From Dicyema japonicum (lineage: Eukaryota; Animalia; Dicyemida): a stretch of 64,000 bases of DNA. The notes beneath the pieces were generated by a model, which did no database searches, was not told the origin of the DNA, and worked only from the letters and a program-made list of their open reading frames with translations. Location of the stretch: positions 310,001 to 374,000 of the forward strand of contig RDEW01000017.1 of the NCBI GenBank assembly GCA_011109175.1, read 5' to 3'. Numbering within the stretch: position 1 is the first letter of the stretch; every line of letters begins with the position of its first letter. Both the position numbers and the translations under genes were made by a program. Below are positions 49,630-61,142 of this stretch, piece by piece.

Positions 49630-50960
49630 TTTAAATACTCAAAGAAAACGGTCAAAAATCGTAACTAAATATCACGTGATCCCGATATGTTCGAATAAAG
49701 TCCTCATCTTTGCCCGATGTTCCTCTCTCGATCCAACACATGTACGTATCGGGCGACTGTTTGCATAGGTGCTTTGAGTCATCCCGGAATCTAGCCGCAT
49801 AAACATTTCCAGAGAAGTCGGTCCGGATCCATGTTCTCCACGAGTCCATCGCTCCGTAATTCTGAACGCCATCTTCTGAATTTCTTCCACTTTTCTTTTA
49901 TTTGTATATGAGATGGAGGGTCCCCACGAAGCGCATGGATATGAGATACATGGCTCGATGTACTACTTGTATATGTTCTTGAGTACTGGGTGGGTACCGA
50001 TCTTCCATATTCCAGATGAAGTCTTTAGAATATTAATTTTCCTTTCACATTTTGTGAGAATGTTTTCAATATGGGGTGGTGAACAAAGGTGCATATCAAA
50101 TGTCACTCCCAATATCCTCTGACATATGTTGAAATGGATATCGTCCTTGTCTACCTTCAAGGTGACTGTCCTCCTTCCTAATCTTCTGTCCGAGGTGAAA
50201 AAGGAAGTGATTGACTTTTCTGCACTCTCCTAAGCCGGTTTTCTATTATCCAAACGTTTAGACTATCCAAGTTATTTTGGATCTTCTTTGTGGCATTCTG
50301 AATATCCCGGTCTCTTGAAGCCAAAGCAATATCATCTGCATAAGAGAGAAAAACATCGTTGCGGATTCCGGAGTAAGTTAAATAAGGCTGGAGATAACGG
50401 GGATCCTTGTGGAATTCCGTTAGGAAGTAGACGTGAAACACGTCCTCTCGTCAAATATATCTTGAGTGCATGAAAATAAAAATCAAGGGATTTTCTACTT
50501 GAATCATTGAAGATGTGTCAGTCAACTATTTTGTAAACAAAGTACTAAGTTGCAGATCGCTTGAAATAAGCGCTTCTTAATCAATGCTCTCAAGTGAACT
50601 TGCCTTTCTTGGGTGTGAATATCCCCCATTTCTGAGTACAAGAGAGATTCGTGATCTTTTTTCTTACCTTGGATCGGTAGGACCCTACGTGGAGGTGTAG
50701 AATTTTTGGAAGCGACCGTACACCCACAGGTAATAATTTAGTTTAACTTGACTTTTAATGTACCTCTCACATGCTTCAAGGATAACTTTGTAACCAGGTT
50801 GTCCTGGAAGCTGAGGTAGATTCCAGAACTCGTCGCCAGGGAGCAAATTGTTTCTCAGTGGAATGAATAAATGAATCTTTTTGAATTCCGCCCGGGCATT
50901 AGGTGTCTCCCGAGTAATGTGGATCCAATGACGCCACCAGAGGGAAGGAAGAGAAATCTT
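49630..50960 (-). mobile_element. I/Jockey-group LINE RT fragment
   Basis: FLSYADDIALAS...IQNNLDSLNVW...ILGVTFD..., ILKNIYK. Confidence 0.8.
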
Positions 50961-51799
50961 CAATCAGATACCCACTAGGTACCACGTGAACATAATTCTC
51001 ACAATCAACATAATATTCTTGGATGAGCTTTTTAAAGTAATCAAATGTTTCGTTGTATATCTTTCGGATCTAAACGGCGTTGAAATCCCGGGATATAGGA
51101 TTCTCAATAAACATGTCAGAATATTTGGTAGCTATGTGAATTCTTTAAGCTGCACTTATACGCAGAGCCATATTAGCTATAGCTCCGCTCAGACAGGACA
51201 CACACTTTATTTAAGTAAAGAACAGTTGTGATAACTAAACGATGAGGGAGAATGAAGGAATGCTCTTGACTTTTTTTGTTTTTTTTGTTGGGGGTATGTC
51301 CTATATAGACGATCCGGTTCCGCAGTGAGATTTTTCACTGATACGGCGTCACTCGTCAATCGAATGCCTTCAACCGAAATGTACATCATCGGGATTCGAA
51401 CTAGGGACCTCAGGCCTCTTGTCTGGCAATGTGAATTCTTTCATGGAGTGAAAGATGAAATGTCTATAGGAATGTTAAAATACTCAAGTTCTTAATTACA
51501 ACACATATGACCTCTTCGTGGATCTAATCTGATTCTAACAATAACATCGACAATTTCATCAAAAACTTCTAAGGCCCAACCAAAACCAGTAAAAAGTATC
51601 CAGCAAATAGCATGTTTGGGGAAACCTTAAAGAATACTCCACTGGAGGAAGAATGTCAAACCGTCCCTTCGAAACATGACAGAATATCACATTAACCTTC
51701 TAACTGAACGTAACACCTGATGATATAGACAATCTGTAACAGTCAAGCGTTCGAATTTGGATTATAGACTTTTCAGCGAAAGTCAATTCTCATAAAAAA

Positions 51800-52140
51800 T
51801 TCCACCCTTGAGGCGACGAGTCCTTCTGGCATGATACAGTTGTTGAAAAGAATTTTCCTACCTTTTCTTGACCAAATCCTCTGGCGAAGACTACCATTAC
51901 GAATACTCTTCTCCAGAAGAATAAAATGATTTCCGCGATGGTATAACGTGTGATGAAAATGGAAGAGGCGGACCTACTTCTCCACCTTTCTTTGGAAGAG
52001 GAAGTTTGTAATGGATTATTAGAGGATGGATTTGATCGACACAAGCAGACGTTCTCCTTTAGGATTCTTCCTTGGATTAATTAGTAGTGACTGTTTGTGC
52101 TTGGCTTACCAAGGATTGCAAGCCTGGGGTTAATAAATAA
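51800..52140 (+). mobile_element. Family B LINE 3' end
   Basis: KMEEADLLLHLSLEEEVCNGLLEDGFDRHKQTFSFRILPWIN*, then hairpin and GGGGTTAATAAATAA. Confidence 0.8.
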
Positions 52141-52256
52141 TTATTACGTTAAACTCATTACCTTAACTACCTTAGCTCAAAGCAATTTGCTCTTAAACCC
52201 TTCGATTTATTCCAATTACAAATTGAGTTATTCCAATTACAAACAAATCTAAAACT

Positions 52257-53230
52257 TCAGTACGTGCTTAGCGTACTCCCACACATATTTTCGAAATGGT
52301 TCTTAACCGTAAATCCCGACAAAACGGGTTCCTTTTCGACGTCACCTTCAGAGCCTTTTGAGATAAGATGATTAGTCACTCTTGTAACCTCATCATCATA
52401 GTTATCAACTTTCAGCCCATGTCTATTCTCGATTATCATGCTCTCTAAAGTTTATTTTAATCGTCATTGATTGGATGTACGCCCTTGTAGAGACATCCAC
52501 GTTGAGTCTTTCCATATAGGACTTGTAGTACTTTGTTACTACTCCATCCCATGTCAAAACAACCAGAATTATTGGCACCTTGGCCTTGTGAGTTTGTGCT
52601 AGTTCTCCTGCAAGAAGGTCGCATTTGTGGAGTTTACCACTTCAACATGTTTTAGCAATCTTGGAAGTGATCCCTACTTCTATTAATATCATTTCGTTCT
52701 TGGATTTATCATACGAAAATATCAGGTTTGTTATTTTTAACTTGTATATCCGTTTGTAGTGTTGTATCGACTCATATTTCAACTTTATTGTTTGACACAA
52801 TCGATTGGACTGTATGCGTTTTTATCCTCTTGGTTCTTTTTATTCCAAATTGATAACATAGTTGTAGGTTTATACATCTTACAACTTCGTTATGTCGCCG
52901 CATATACGCACCGCTAAGTATCCTGGTACATCGTGTAGCCAGGTGATCCACACTCTTTTTGGCCATACTACAATGACTGCAATATGCTTTCATCTTTTCA
53001 AAGAACAGATTCCGATCCTGTATCATGCAGTACATTGCTTCCGACCTTGGACTATTGTTTCCCCCAGTAAGCCATTCTGTTGATTCATTGATATCGACAT
53101 TCGTATTTTCAAAACACCTAAATATAGTTGAATGAAACAATTTCTGATTAGTCAAATAATTCTTCTTTTGATATTCCTTTATAATGTCAGTATTCAAGTT
53201 AGATAGGTCATCCACACTGTATATGAGTGC
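52257..53230 (-). mobile_element. R4-like REL LINE: CCHC finger, REL domain and C-terminus
   Basis: CSHCSMAKKSVDHLATRC...YMRRHNEVVRCI...IVSNNKVEI; C-terminal NHFENMCGSTLS is also at 56649-56720. Confidence 0.85.
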
Positions 53231-53412
53231 AATAAATCTTGCGATAGTGAACTATTTTTAGTTTTCCTGGTGTGGCTATGAGACAAGCGCCAAGTTTACG
53301 TTCCCAGTTCCTCCTATTGATCATACTGTAGCGGCTAAAAGATTTTAATGGAAAATAAAAAAAATAATTTATTATTAATTTTTTTATTTGTTAATATATT
53401 TTTTTCTATATT

Positions 53413-54437
53413 TTAAAAGAATTCCATAGTCGTCATTACCAAATTTTTGCATAATTGATTGTTATTGCCAAACTCAGTGAGGATAAACCCATATGTCTTT
53501 CCATTCCAAGATCTGCTCTGTTCGGTTAATAATTTATTATTAATGGTCATTTTGGATACACATTTCGTGTACATGTTATGTGATAATTCCTTTAAAATTC
53601 TTAAATCATTTTTGAATTTTTCTTGATCAAGAGAATTAATTTTCATATTTAATAAAGTTAAAGCGGCAGAATATAGTGCAGAATCAACATCATTCCATTC
53701 GAGGATTTTAGCTCTCAGGTGTTCGAATGAGTGACTTTTCTGTTGTTGGTTTAATTTAAATGATATAAAATCAGTCAGGTCCCATCCCGTAATATCACGT
53801 AGAACTAGAAATGACTCATCAAAATATTCGTTAATAATGATCAAGTCGAAGGATTTGATGATTCGTTTCACAAACAAGGAAATGTCTAGTTTAGAATAAT
53901 TTCTCTTGGAATTAAATCCCAAATCAAAGGACATTGGATTACGCAGTAATTGGTGGGGATATTTTTTGTAGTAAAACTTTGGGTTTTGGAAGAAAACTTG
54001 GTATTTAGTTATCTTTTCTGGGAATTCAAAATAATTATAAACAGAATAAAACTGAGAAATTGGATCTCTCAAAATTGTGATGAAAATTGCGTCCTGTTTG
54101 ACTGCTTAATGATTTGACTTTTGTCGAATCTTGTGTGAAAAAACAAAACATCAAATGGTGCAGATTTTCTATCATGAATTTTTGAAATATTAAAAAATGA
54201 ATATTTTTCTCCAAAATAAGTAGTTTTAAGTCCAATGGGTAAAACTATGGACAAATTATGTCTGATAGCATGCCTTTCCATAATATTGGCAACAGTCGAA
54301 CTCCCACATTTGTGTGTTTTAGATAAAACTATGCTTTTTCTTATTATTGTTATATCAAATGGTTTTTCCAATTTTATTATGCAGTATAATATAAATATTA
54401 TTATTAATAATTTAATTAATTTTATTAAATATTTCAT
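53413..54437 (-). CDS. GAL3ST: Galactose-3-O-sulfotransferase (type II Golgi), no introns seen, one 1-nt frameshift near 54106
   Basis: N-terminal TM; KTHKCGSSTVANI (5'-PSB); ITILRDPISQFYSVYNYF (3'-PB); RNPMSFDLG; FDLIIINEYFDESFLVL; WNDVDSALY. Confidence 0.9.
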
Positions 54438-55049
54438 TACTTACTATTCTTGTTGTTTAAACAATTATTGTCATATGTAGCCGGGATCACCTGATGGCGT
54501 TTTCCTTTTGATTACCTGGCGATTTTTGGCTTATTAATAATAATAATAATTTTCACATATGTTCGTTGTCGACAGATGCTCATTATTGATCAGACACCAA
54601 AGTTACTGGTCCTGTGGCCTGAGTCACGCTTAGCTCTGGGTTCGATTCCCACACCACTACCTACATAGTCGAATGATTCCGTTCTGTTATTTACATTTTT
54701 AAATATTCTGTGATCCACCTGTCTTAGTAGACGGGTGGCCTGAATCTATTTCTTCCCTACCCCACTGGAGTGTCACCCACAATGTCGGATATGAGCAGAC
54801 GTAAGGCTCGGAAAGAATTTGTCTCACTCGAAGAATTAAAAAAATTCCCCTATCACCGCGTTCTCTAACCTTAATGAAGTCGAACTGGATGATGGCGGTT
54901 ATTGAGTAGTTGAAAAGCTTTTGCTCCCAAAGATAGATCTGATACACGACCCAAAAAAAGGCGGCCACAACTCACAATAGGAATCTATCCCCATTTGATT
55001 TAGCCACAAGATATCATAATGGACCATTAAGCAAAAGTGAGTCAAATCA

Positions 55050-55900
55050 ACATGAACAAATGTTCCCGACCTTGTAAACTGGAAAACGCTTGTATTCTCA
55101 AAATTTTATTGTAACGTGTACATGTAGAAAATCTCATCAAAAAACTCAAGCCAAAGGGTTAGTCGGACTTTTCATTTTCCAGTTGATACACATGGGTTCG
55201 CATTGCCTTGCTGAATCATCCCAATCCTGAAGCCCAATAAAGATCCTTCAGAACAGGATCTTGCCTACCGATTTCACCGTTATCTGTAACCCTAAAATTC
55301 TCCAAAGAGTCGTTCTTAAGTTTATACACAAGTATCTTCTTTTCTCCAATTTACAAGACGATTTTCGTCCCCAATATTCGACATCTACGGATCTCTCCAC
55401 CATCAGTTAATATACCACTAACGATTTCAACAATTCCAATCCTCTCCAAGTCAATCGCCTGAGTAAGCCATCAAAGGGTTCTCAGTAACCAATCATGTCC
55501 AGCACCACGTGAACTCTCTCGAAGACTGGTTTGGTGCAAACCATCTCTCTATCACGTTTGGAATCTACCATCAATCTTTTTACGTCTGACCGTCCCCAAC
55601 TAAATTTTTATTGCTTGGAGAAACGCTTCCCGTCATGAAACATCCCAAAATACTTTGAGTTTAATTCTACCAAATACTAACCTTCTCGAAACACGTGGAG
55701 GAACAATGTAAAGAGACCTCCCTCAAAATCAACATACAAAAGCTGTATTATGGCATTCTTTTAGCCAAAGCAAGAAGGGTCGGCCATCATATATGAACAA
55801 TTTATTCAAACCGCAATTAACAACGACACCCTGTGATCTGTTTCGAATTCTATCCTCCATCCAAACTTATCTCCAAGACCAATGTTGTTTGAAACAGATA
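55050..55900 (+). mobile_element. Degraded LINE RT fragment
   Basis: Remnants of the (YR)PISLLS..SK..E region and the thumb domain; many stops. Confidence 0.5.
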
Positions 55901-56319
55901 TTTTGTTTTTACAGGGGCTTTCCGATGACTCGATTATAACAAAATACTACTAATCACTAATCAGAATTTTCTCACGCTGTGATCACCACTCCTTTTTAGT
56001 TACATACGGATACAAACTGGATGGTGCGCAAGGTCTCCTCTGTTCATTATGCAATCTATCAGAGTTGACAGTAAATCGCCTTTTCAAATTTCCCTGTCAT
56101 ATTAAAGCAATTAATAAACAAAATTAAGAATTAATTTAAATCCAAAAAATAAAAATATCGAAAAATCCTCAAACCTGCCTGACTAGCATTTAACGTCAAA
56201 TTGGACCAAAATTTCATTTTAACAAATATATAAAAAATCAAAAGTTCGACTTCTTGTAACGTGTACATACATAGGAGGGTCTCAAACTCATATTAACCCC
56301 AGGATAAACAAAAGTTAAT

Positions 56320-56391
56320 TAGCGGAACGAGGTTTCGATCCTCGGACCTCTGGGTTATGGGCCCAGCGCGCTCCCACTGCGCCATTCCGCT
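56320..56391 (-). tRNA. tRNA-iMet: Initiator tRNA-Met (CAT)
   Basis: AGCGGAATGGCGCAGTGGGAGCGCGCTGGGCCCATAACCCAGAGGTCCGAGGATCGAAACCTCGTTCCGCTA: A1:U72 pair, three G:C anticodon-stem pairs, GATCGAAA T-loop, downstream TTTT terminator. Confidence 0.95.
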
Positions 56392-56759
56392 GCCTTATAA
56401 TTAGCTTTTTAATTCTTAATTTTTCTTCACCCATACAGGCATCGTCTTATAATATCATTTATATCGTAATTTGTCCTAATATCGATATCAGTTTATCGTG
56501 ACCGTCCTGTGTGACCATCCATACTTATTTTTACCAGCATACTTTCAGGAAGCTCACTAAGAGAGTTCAGGGCCCTTGTTGGGTAACAAGTTTAATTGAT
56601 AATTTATGCGGACGATATGGACTTTGTTCCTGAGGATACTCAAACAGTTCAGCACATGCTCAACGTACTCCCACACATATTTTCGAAATTGTTTTTATCT
56701 GTAAATCCCGAAACGGAGTTTGCAACGCATATACGTAATGATCGGAGATCGGACGAGTC

Positions 56760-57050
56760 AGGGAGAAGGCAATAGAAGGTTGGCTCGCTTCTAAGAGACT
56801 CTGAAGATGTTACTCGCAGGAAGATCCTTGCTATGAGTGCACTGAAAAAAATATCGTCAATATGGAGCCACAAGAAGAGGATAGGACTAGACACCAGGCT
56901 TAGAATATACAAAGCTTTTGTCATCCCGGTGCTAACCTACAACTCTGGGATTTGGGGAATCTCTAAACGGGAAATGGACCGTCTTGACTCTTTCCACGGA
57001 GCTCAGCTTAAATCGGTAATCAAGATCAACTGTTGGATATTAATAAATCA
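56760..57050 (+). mobile_element. RTE LINE RT-thumb fragment
   Basis: TRLRIYKAFVIPVLTYNSGIWG...LDSFH. Confidence 0.8.
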
Positions 57051-57744
57051 AATTTAAATATTTGATTTTATATTTATAGTAATTCATACATAAATTTAGT
57101 GGTTGGGATCTTTCCTGTTCTCCACCTCACTTCGTAAGTGGAAGCCTGTAGTGTACTATTGGGGGATGGAACTCAAATATTGATGTTAGCAATAACAAAC
57201 TATTAATTGACAAACTTTTGATAAGAAGTTCTCCTATGGGTTCCTTAAATTAATTTATTGAGCCAGAAATACACCGCCATAGCTAGAATAAAAAAATTCA
57301 GGTTATCCTGGCCTCCCTCAGCAGTTCTGCATGCTCGGACTTGAAGAAAGTGACGTTCATGGGAACTCCTCTGGATGGTTGTTGACTAGTGGTCCTTTTT
57401 GGGTATAATTTAGGATTATACAGAGGTGAACCACATGACCCACGCTAACAATTCAAGCTCCCTGGAGCCAAAAAGGGAATAGGAGGAACAGAAGAAACAA
57501 ACAAAAATTTTCAATTCAAGTAGCCGCATAACACCACACTTATGTTGGCGCCACATGGCATAGTAAATAAACAAATAAATCCTTGATGGCTGCTTAAGGA
57601 GGCCAGGATCACCTGACGGACACATTCCATTTTTATTTTGTCGGTGATTCTTGGTTTTAAATAAATGAATTAACAAACATAAAATATTGTTAAATAAAGT
57701 AAAGTTGTGTGATAGGTCTCCATTATGGCCTGCAGGCATTATAT

Positions 57745-58362
57745 AATCCCAGGCTTACCATTGTAAGCCAGCACAAGCAGTCATAACTAACTAATCCAAG
57801 GAAGAAACCAAAGGAAGAACATCTGCTTGTGCCGACTAAATCCATCTTCCAATACTTAACTACAGGCTTCCGAAGAGAGGTGGGGAAGTAGGTCCGCCCT
57901 CTTCCATTTTTGTCCCACGTCCTACCGTCGCGGACATCACTTCATTCTTTAGCGGAATTTTTTTCTTAATGGAATCTTCATCAGTGGATTTGGTCAGGGA
58001 GAAAAATAGGAAGATCTTTTTAACAACTGTGTTGTGCCAGAAGACTCGTCGCCTCACGGGTGGGATCAGCCAGAAGGCCTACAGGCATTGAGCAAGCAAT
58101 GTGATTTAACTCTCATAATCGAGAACTTATGTTCTGGAAAAGCCATCGCGTCACTCATAACTATTCTATTTGTTGGCTGGGTGATTGACACCTTTCTAAT
58201 AATGTCTAAAATGGAAGAGGGCGGATCTACTTCTCTTCCTTTCTTCGGAAATGGAAGTCTGTAATGGACTATTTGGAAGATGAATTTGGTCGGCACTTCC
58301 TTGGATTAATTAGTTGTGACTGTTTGTGCTGGGCTTACCAAAAATTGTAAGCCTGGGGTTAA
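57745..58362. mobile_element. Two family B LINE 3' ends in inverted orientation, tails outward (57745-58060 minus; 58205-58362 plus)
   Basis: Both carry the GGCTTAC/GTAAGCC hairpin and the CCTGGG tail; ~160 bp of imperfect inverted identity. Confidence 0.8.
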
Positions 58363-58989
58363 TCAGTAAGGTAGTACCTATCAATACAGAACGCTTCCTC
58401 ATTGGCACACGTATCAAAAATACCCAATACTTGTGTCCCATTACAAGACATATGCTTTGACCTTGGTTACTCTATGTCTCCCGTCCTAAAGTCCAGGTTT
58501 TTTTCCTTTTTGAACATTTACTAACATTAGAACTATTATGAGGCTATAGAGGTGGTGGATGAGAGAAATAGGAATTATGGAAAAGATAGAAGTTTCAATG
58601 ATGACGCTTCGTCCTAAGTGATGTGATTTACCGATCAAAGAATGATCATTTGAAGACTATTAGACAATTAGGGCATGAAAATACGACTTTTTTTTAAAAA
58701 GAAAAAGAAGTCACACGAGGTGAAAAACTACCAAATGGATGATAATTACAACGTTTTTGGTCCCAATCTGAATTTTCTAAGGAAGTAGTTCTCCCGCCGA
58801 AGAAAAAAGGTAATAATTCACTCCTTGGATAGCGAAGAAGCCGAATTAACCATTTCTCCTATACAACAGCACGACTGAGTGATATGTATGGGAGAGTGTT
58901 GATAATTTCAAAGATAGCGGGGGCTTAGACTGTTAGATTGAAAACTCGTCAAAATTTTGGTGCAGATATCATGCAGACTGACGGTCCCC

Positions 58990-59250
58990 TTCTCTACTAG
59001 AGTGGAGTTATGTGATCCACCTGTCTCAGACGGAGCCCAGTGCCAGAGTGGGACGAAAAAGAATCATTTGTTTTCTCCCACTCCACTAAAGGGGGCCCCA
59101 CAACTGCAAGGAATGGACGTCTACTTCCTTTTGTGCTGATTCCGGATGGTCTTGTGTGATGTTGAAGGACTTTGTTTTTGTAACAGTGGAAACTGGATGA
59201 ACTTTTAGTTGTTAACTGTTAACTTCTTGCCTGGTGTATGGTTAACAATA
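58990..59250 (+). repeat. Family A repeat, 5'-truncated
   Basis: CTAGAGTGGAGTTATGTGATCCACCTGTCTCAG...GGGACGAAAAAGAATCAT and conserved body. Confidence 0.8.
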
Positions 59251-59619
59251 ATAATAAATGTGACAGGTCGAATACGAGCCGTTAAACAAACCGTTAACGC
59301 AAAAATCGATTTTTCCGTTGCTATGTAAAACCGCAAAAATAACATCTAAAAAGTAAAAAGGAATTTCTCTCAAATAATTCACCTAGTCATTCTGATAGTC
59401 ATACAAGTGAGATGAATAGTTAGAGTTCCGCTTGTTCCGTGCTCTCTTCACTATCCGTTCTACCGGTTTTCTCCATGTAACTTTCCTCCTCGCACGTTTC
59501 CACAGTTCATTGAGGTCGTCCACAAAGTAAAATAGACAGAGAGTACGATAAAGACATAGACATTATTAGAAAGGTGTCAACCACTCAACCACACCTAAAA
59601 GTAAAATTTTTTTAAATTT

Positions 59620-60185
59620 TCAACCGTCAGAAGATCCGTCGAACCGACCGACTTTATATGTTCCCCAACTAGTACCAAAAAAATCTAGTAAACTCACACT
59701 ACAATTGGTTCTTATTAGGTTTATCATAGAAAGGAATCGTTTGATCTGTTCCATTCCACTGGACCATTCCTCGATGGAGTTCCCACTATAGTGCCTACTG
59801 AACGTTTCACGCAATGGATGCAATAAGATTCAATGACTTCATTCGAATTTAATTTTCTAGGCATTCTAGAGTAGACGGATTATAATCTGCATGAAATTTG
59901 TTGGCAATAATAGCTTCACTATTAACAGCATATTGTAAATCCTGTGCTCCCAAAATGCATACACCTTGAACAAAGAAGCCATAGCACCCAGTATACTATG
60001 GTTTGTAGCGATTTCCTATTTGTGGTTCAAGCATTAAAGGATCGATGTTGGCTATAATATATGTTACCTGACAATGATCCTGGAACCTTCAAAATTTTGG
60101 AATTATAGTTTAATGTGGACAAAATGTTTCATCAGGAAAATCTGTGCCTTCCAACAATTTGAGTAATTCAGAGGAAGTTTCATTT
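59620..60185 (-). pseudogene. GCNT: Core-2/I-branching beta-1,6-GlcNAc-transferase (GT14), 3' part, pseudogene
   Basis: FPDETF(W)STLNY...KVPGSL, YTGCYGFFVQGVCILGAQDL, IIANKFHADYNPSTLECLEN; in-frame TAG and TAA; 5' part replaced by LINE insertions. Confidence 0.75.
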
Positions 60186-60640
60186 TCAATATAAAGTCGA
60201 CAAACCCCGACAGAAGACACCATGTAAACCTGCCTTGTATAGTTTAATTCCACGTCTAAACTTTTTTCTATATCTGTATTTTCTGAAATAATCCCAAATC
60301 AAAATATACGGTAATATTTTGGGATTCTCCATCCAATTAGACCCGTTGAGAGCTTCCGTTATTCTTACAAACTGATCCGTCTGTTGTCTTTTAAAATTTC
60401 CTTTTGGGCCAAATTGTTTAATTTCTCTCCATGTCGTCTGAGCAGATTTCGGAAATGGAAGTGAAGATACTAGTTTGTCCCATTTGTTGGCTTCAGCTTT
60501 TTTAATTTTCTTAGATATTTCGTCATTGAGAGTTTTTGTTTGATTTTTCTGTCCGGGAAAAGAAGGTACATGTCTTTTCAGGCGATTCCTTTTTTTAATT
60601 AATGATTTGGTGTTCTGATCGAGTTTTTCATTGTAGAATT
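60186..60640 (-). mobile_element. LINE APE-RT linker fragment
   Basis: LIKKRNRLKR...KKIKKAEANKWDKLVSSL...WREIK. Confidence 0.6.
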
Positions 60641-61050
60641 TAAATGATTCACGCGGAATGGATACTGAAAAAGGCGGATAGACGAAAAATTGATGCTTTT
60701 GAACTGTGGTTCCGGAGGAGGTTACTAAGAATCCCTTGGACTTCCAAAATAACAAACACCGATGTACTCAAACGGGTGGAGACGGACATTTCGCTAGAAG
60801 GAAGAATCGTAAAACACAGATTGGCGTTCTTTGGGCATGTTGTCCGCTCTGACTCCCTGGAAAGAACCATTATGCTGAGCAATATTACTAGGAAGAGAAG
60901 ACCTGGTCGACCGAGGACTCGGTGGCTATCCACGGTGGAACACGTCACGGGAATTCCTATATCAAGGCTACTCCAAATTGTAATGGATCGGGGAGAGTGG
61001 AGGAAACTTGTTTATGAGATCTCCAAGGGTCGGACACGACTTAATTAGAT
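60640..61050 (+). mobile_element. RTE/BovB-like LINE 3' end
   Basis: EWILKKADRRKIDAFELWFRRRLLRIPWTSKITNTDVL...RLAFFGHVVR...GRPRTRW...DRGEWR. Confidence 0.9.
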
Positions 61051-61142
61051 AACACTACATAACGCGGAATGAATGTCTCCGCGCCATGAGAATATTTTTG
61101 TTTAAAAAGTCGATAGCTTCATCTATCTAGAGTGGAATATCA

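Noticed and set aside
48885-58362. GGGGTTA/TAACCCC motifs as telomere seeds or chromosome-breakage signals
   Set aside because: They are single units, always at the 3' end of LINE-derived sequence next to (TAA)n tails, and never tandem.
57745-58362. TIR DNA transposon or MITE
   Set aside because: The arms are LINE 3' ends that also occur singly elsewhere; no TSD was seen.
5560-59860. Alternative genetic code (stop-codon reassignment)
   Set aside because: Well-conserved genes have no in-frame stops once introns are removed and end in TAA or TGA. Internal stops occur only in decayed sequences.
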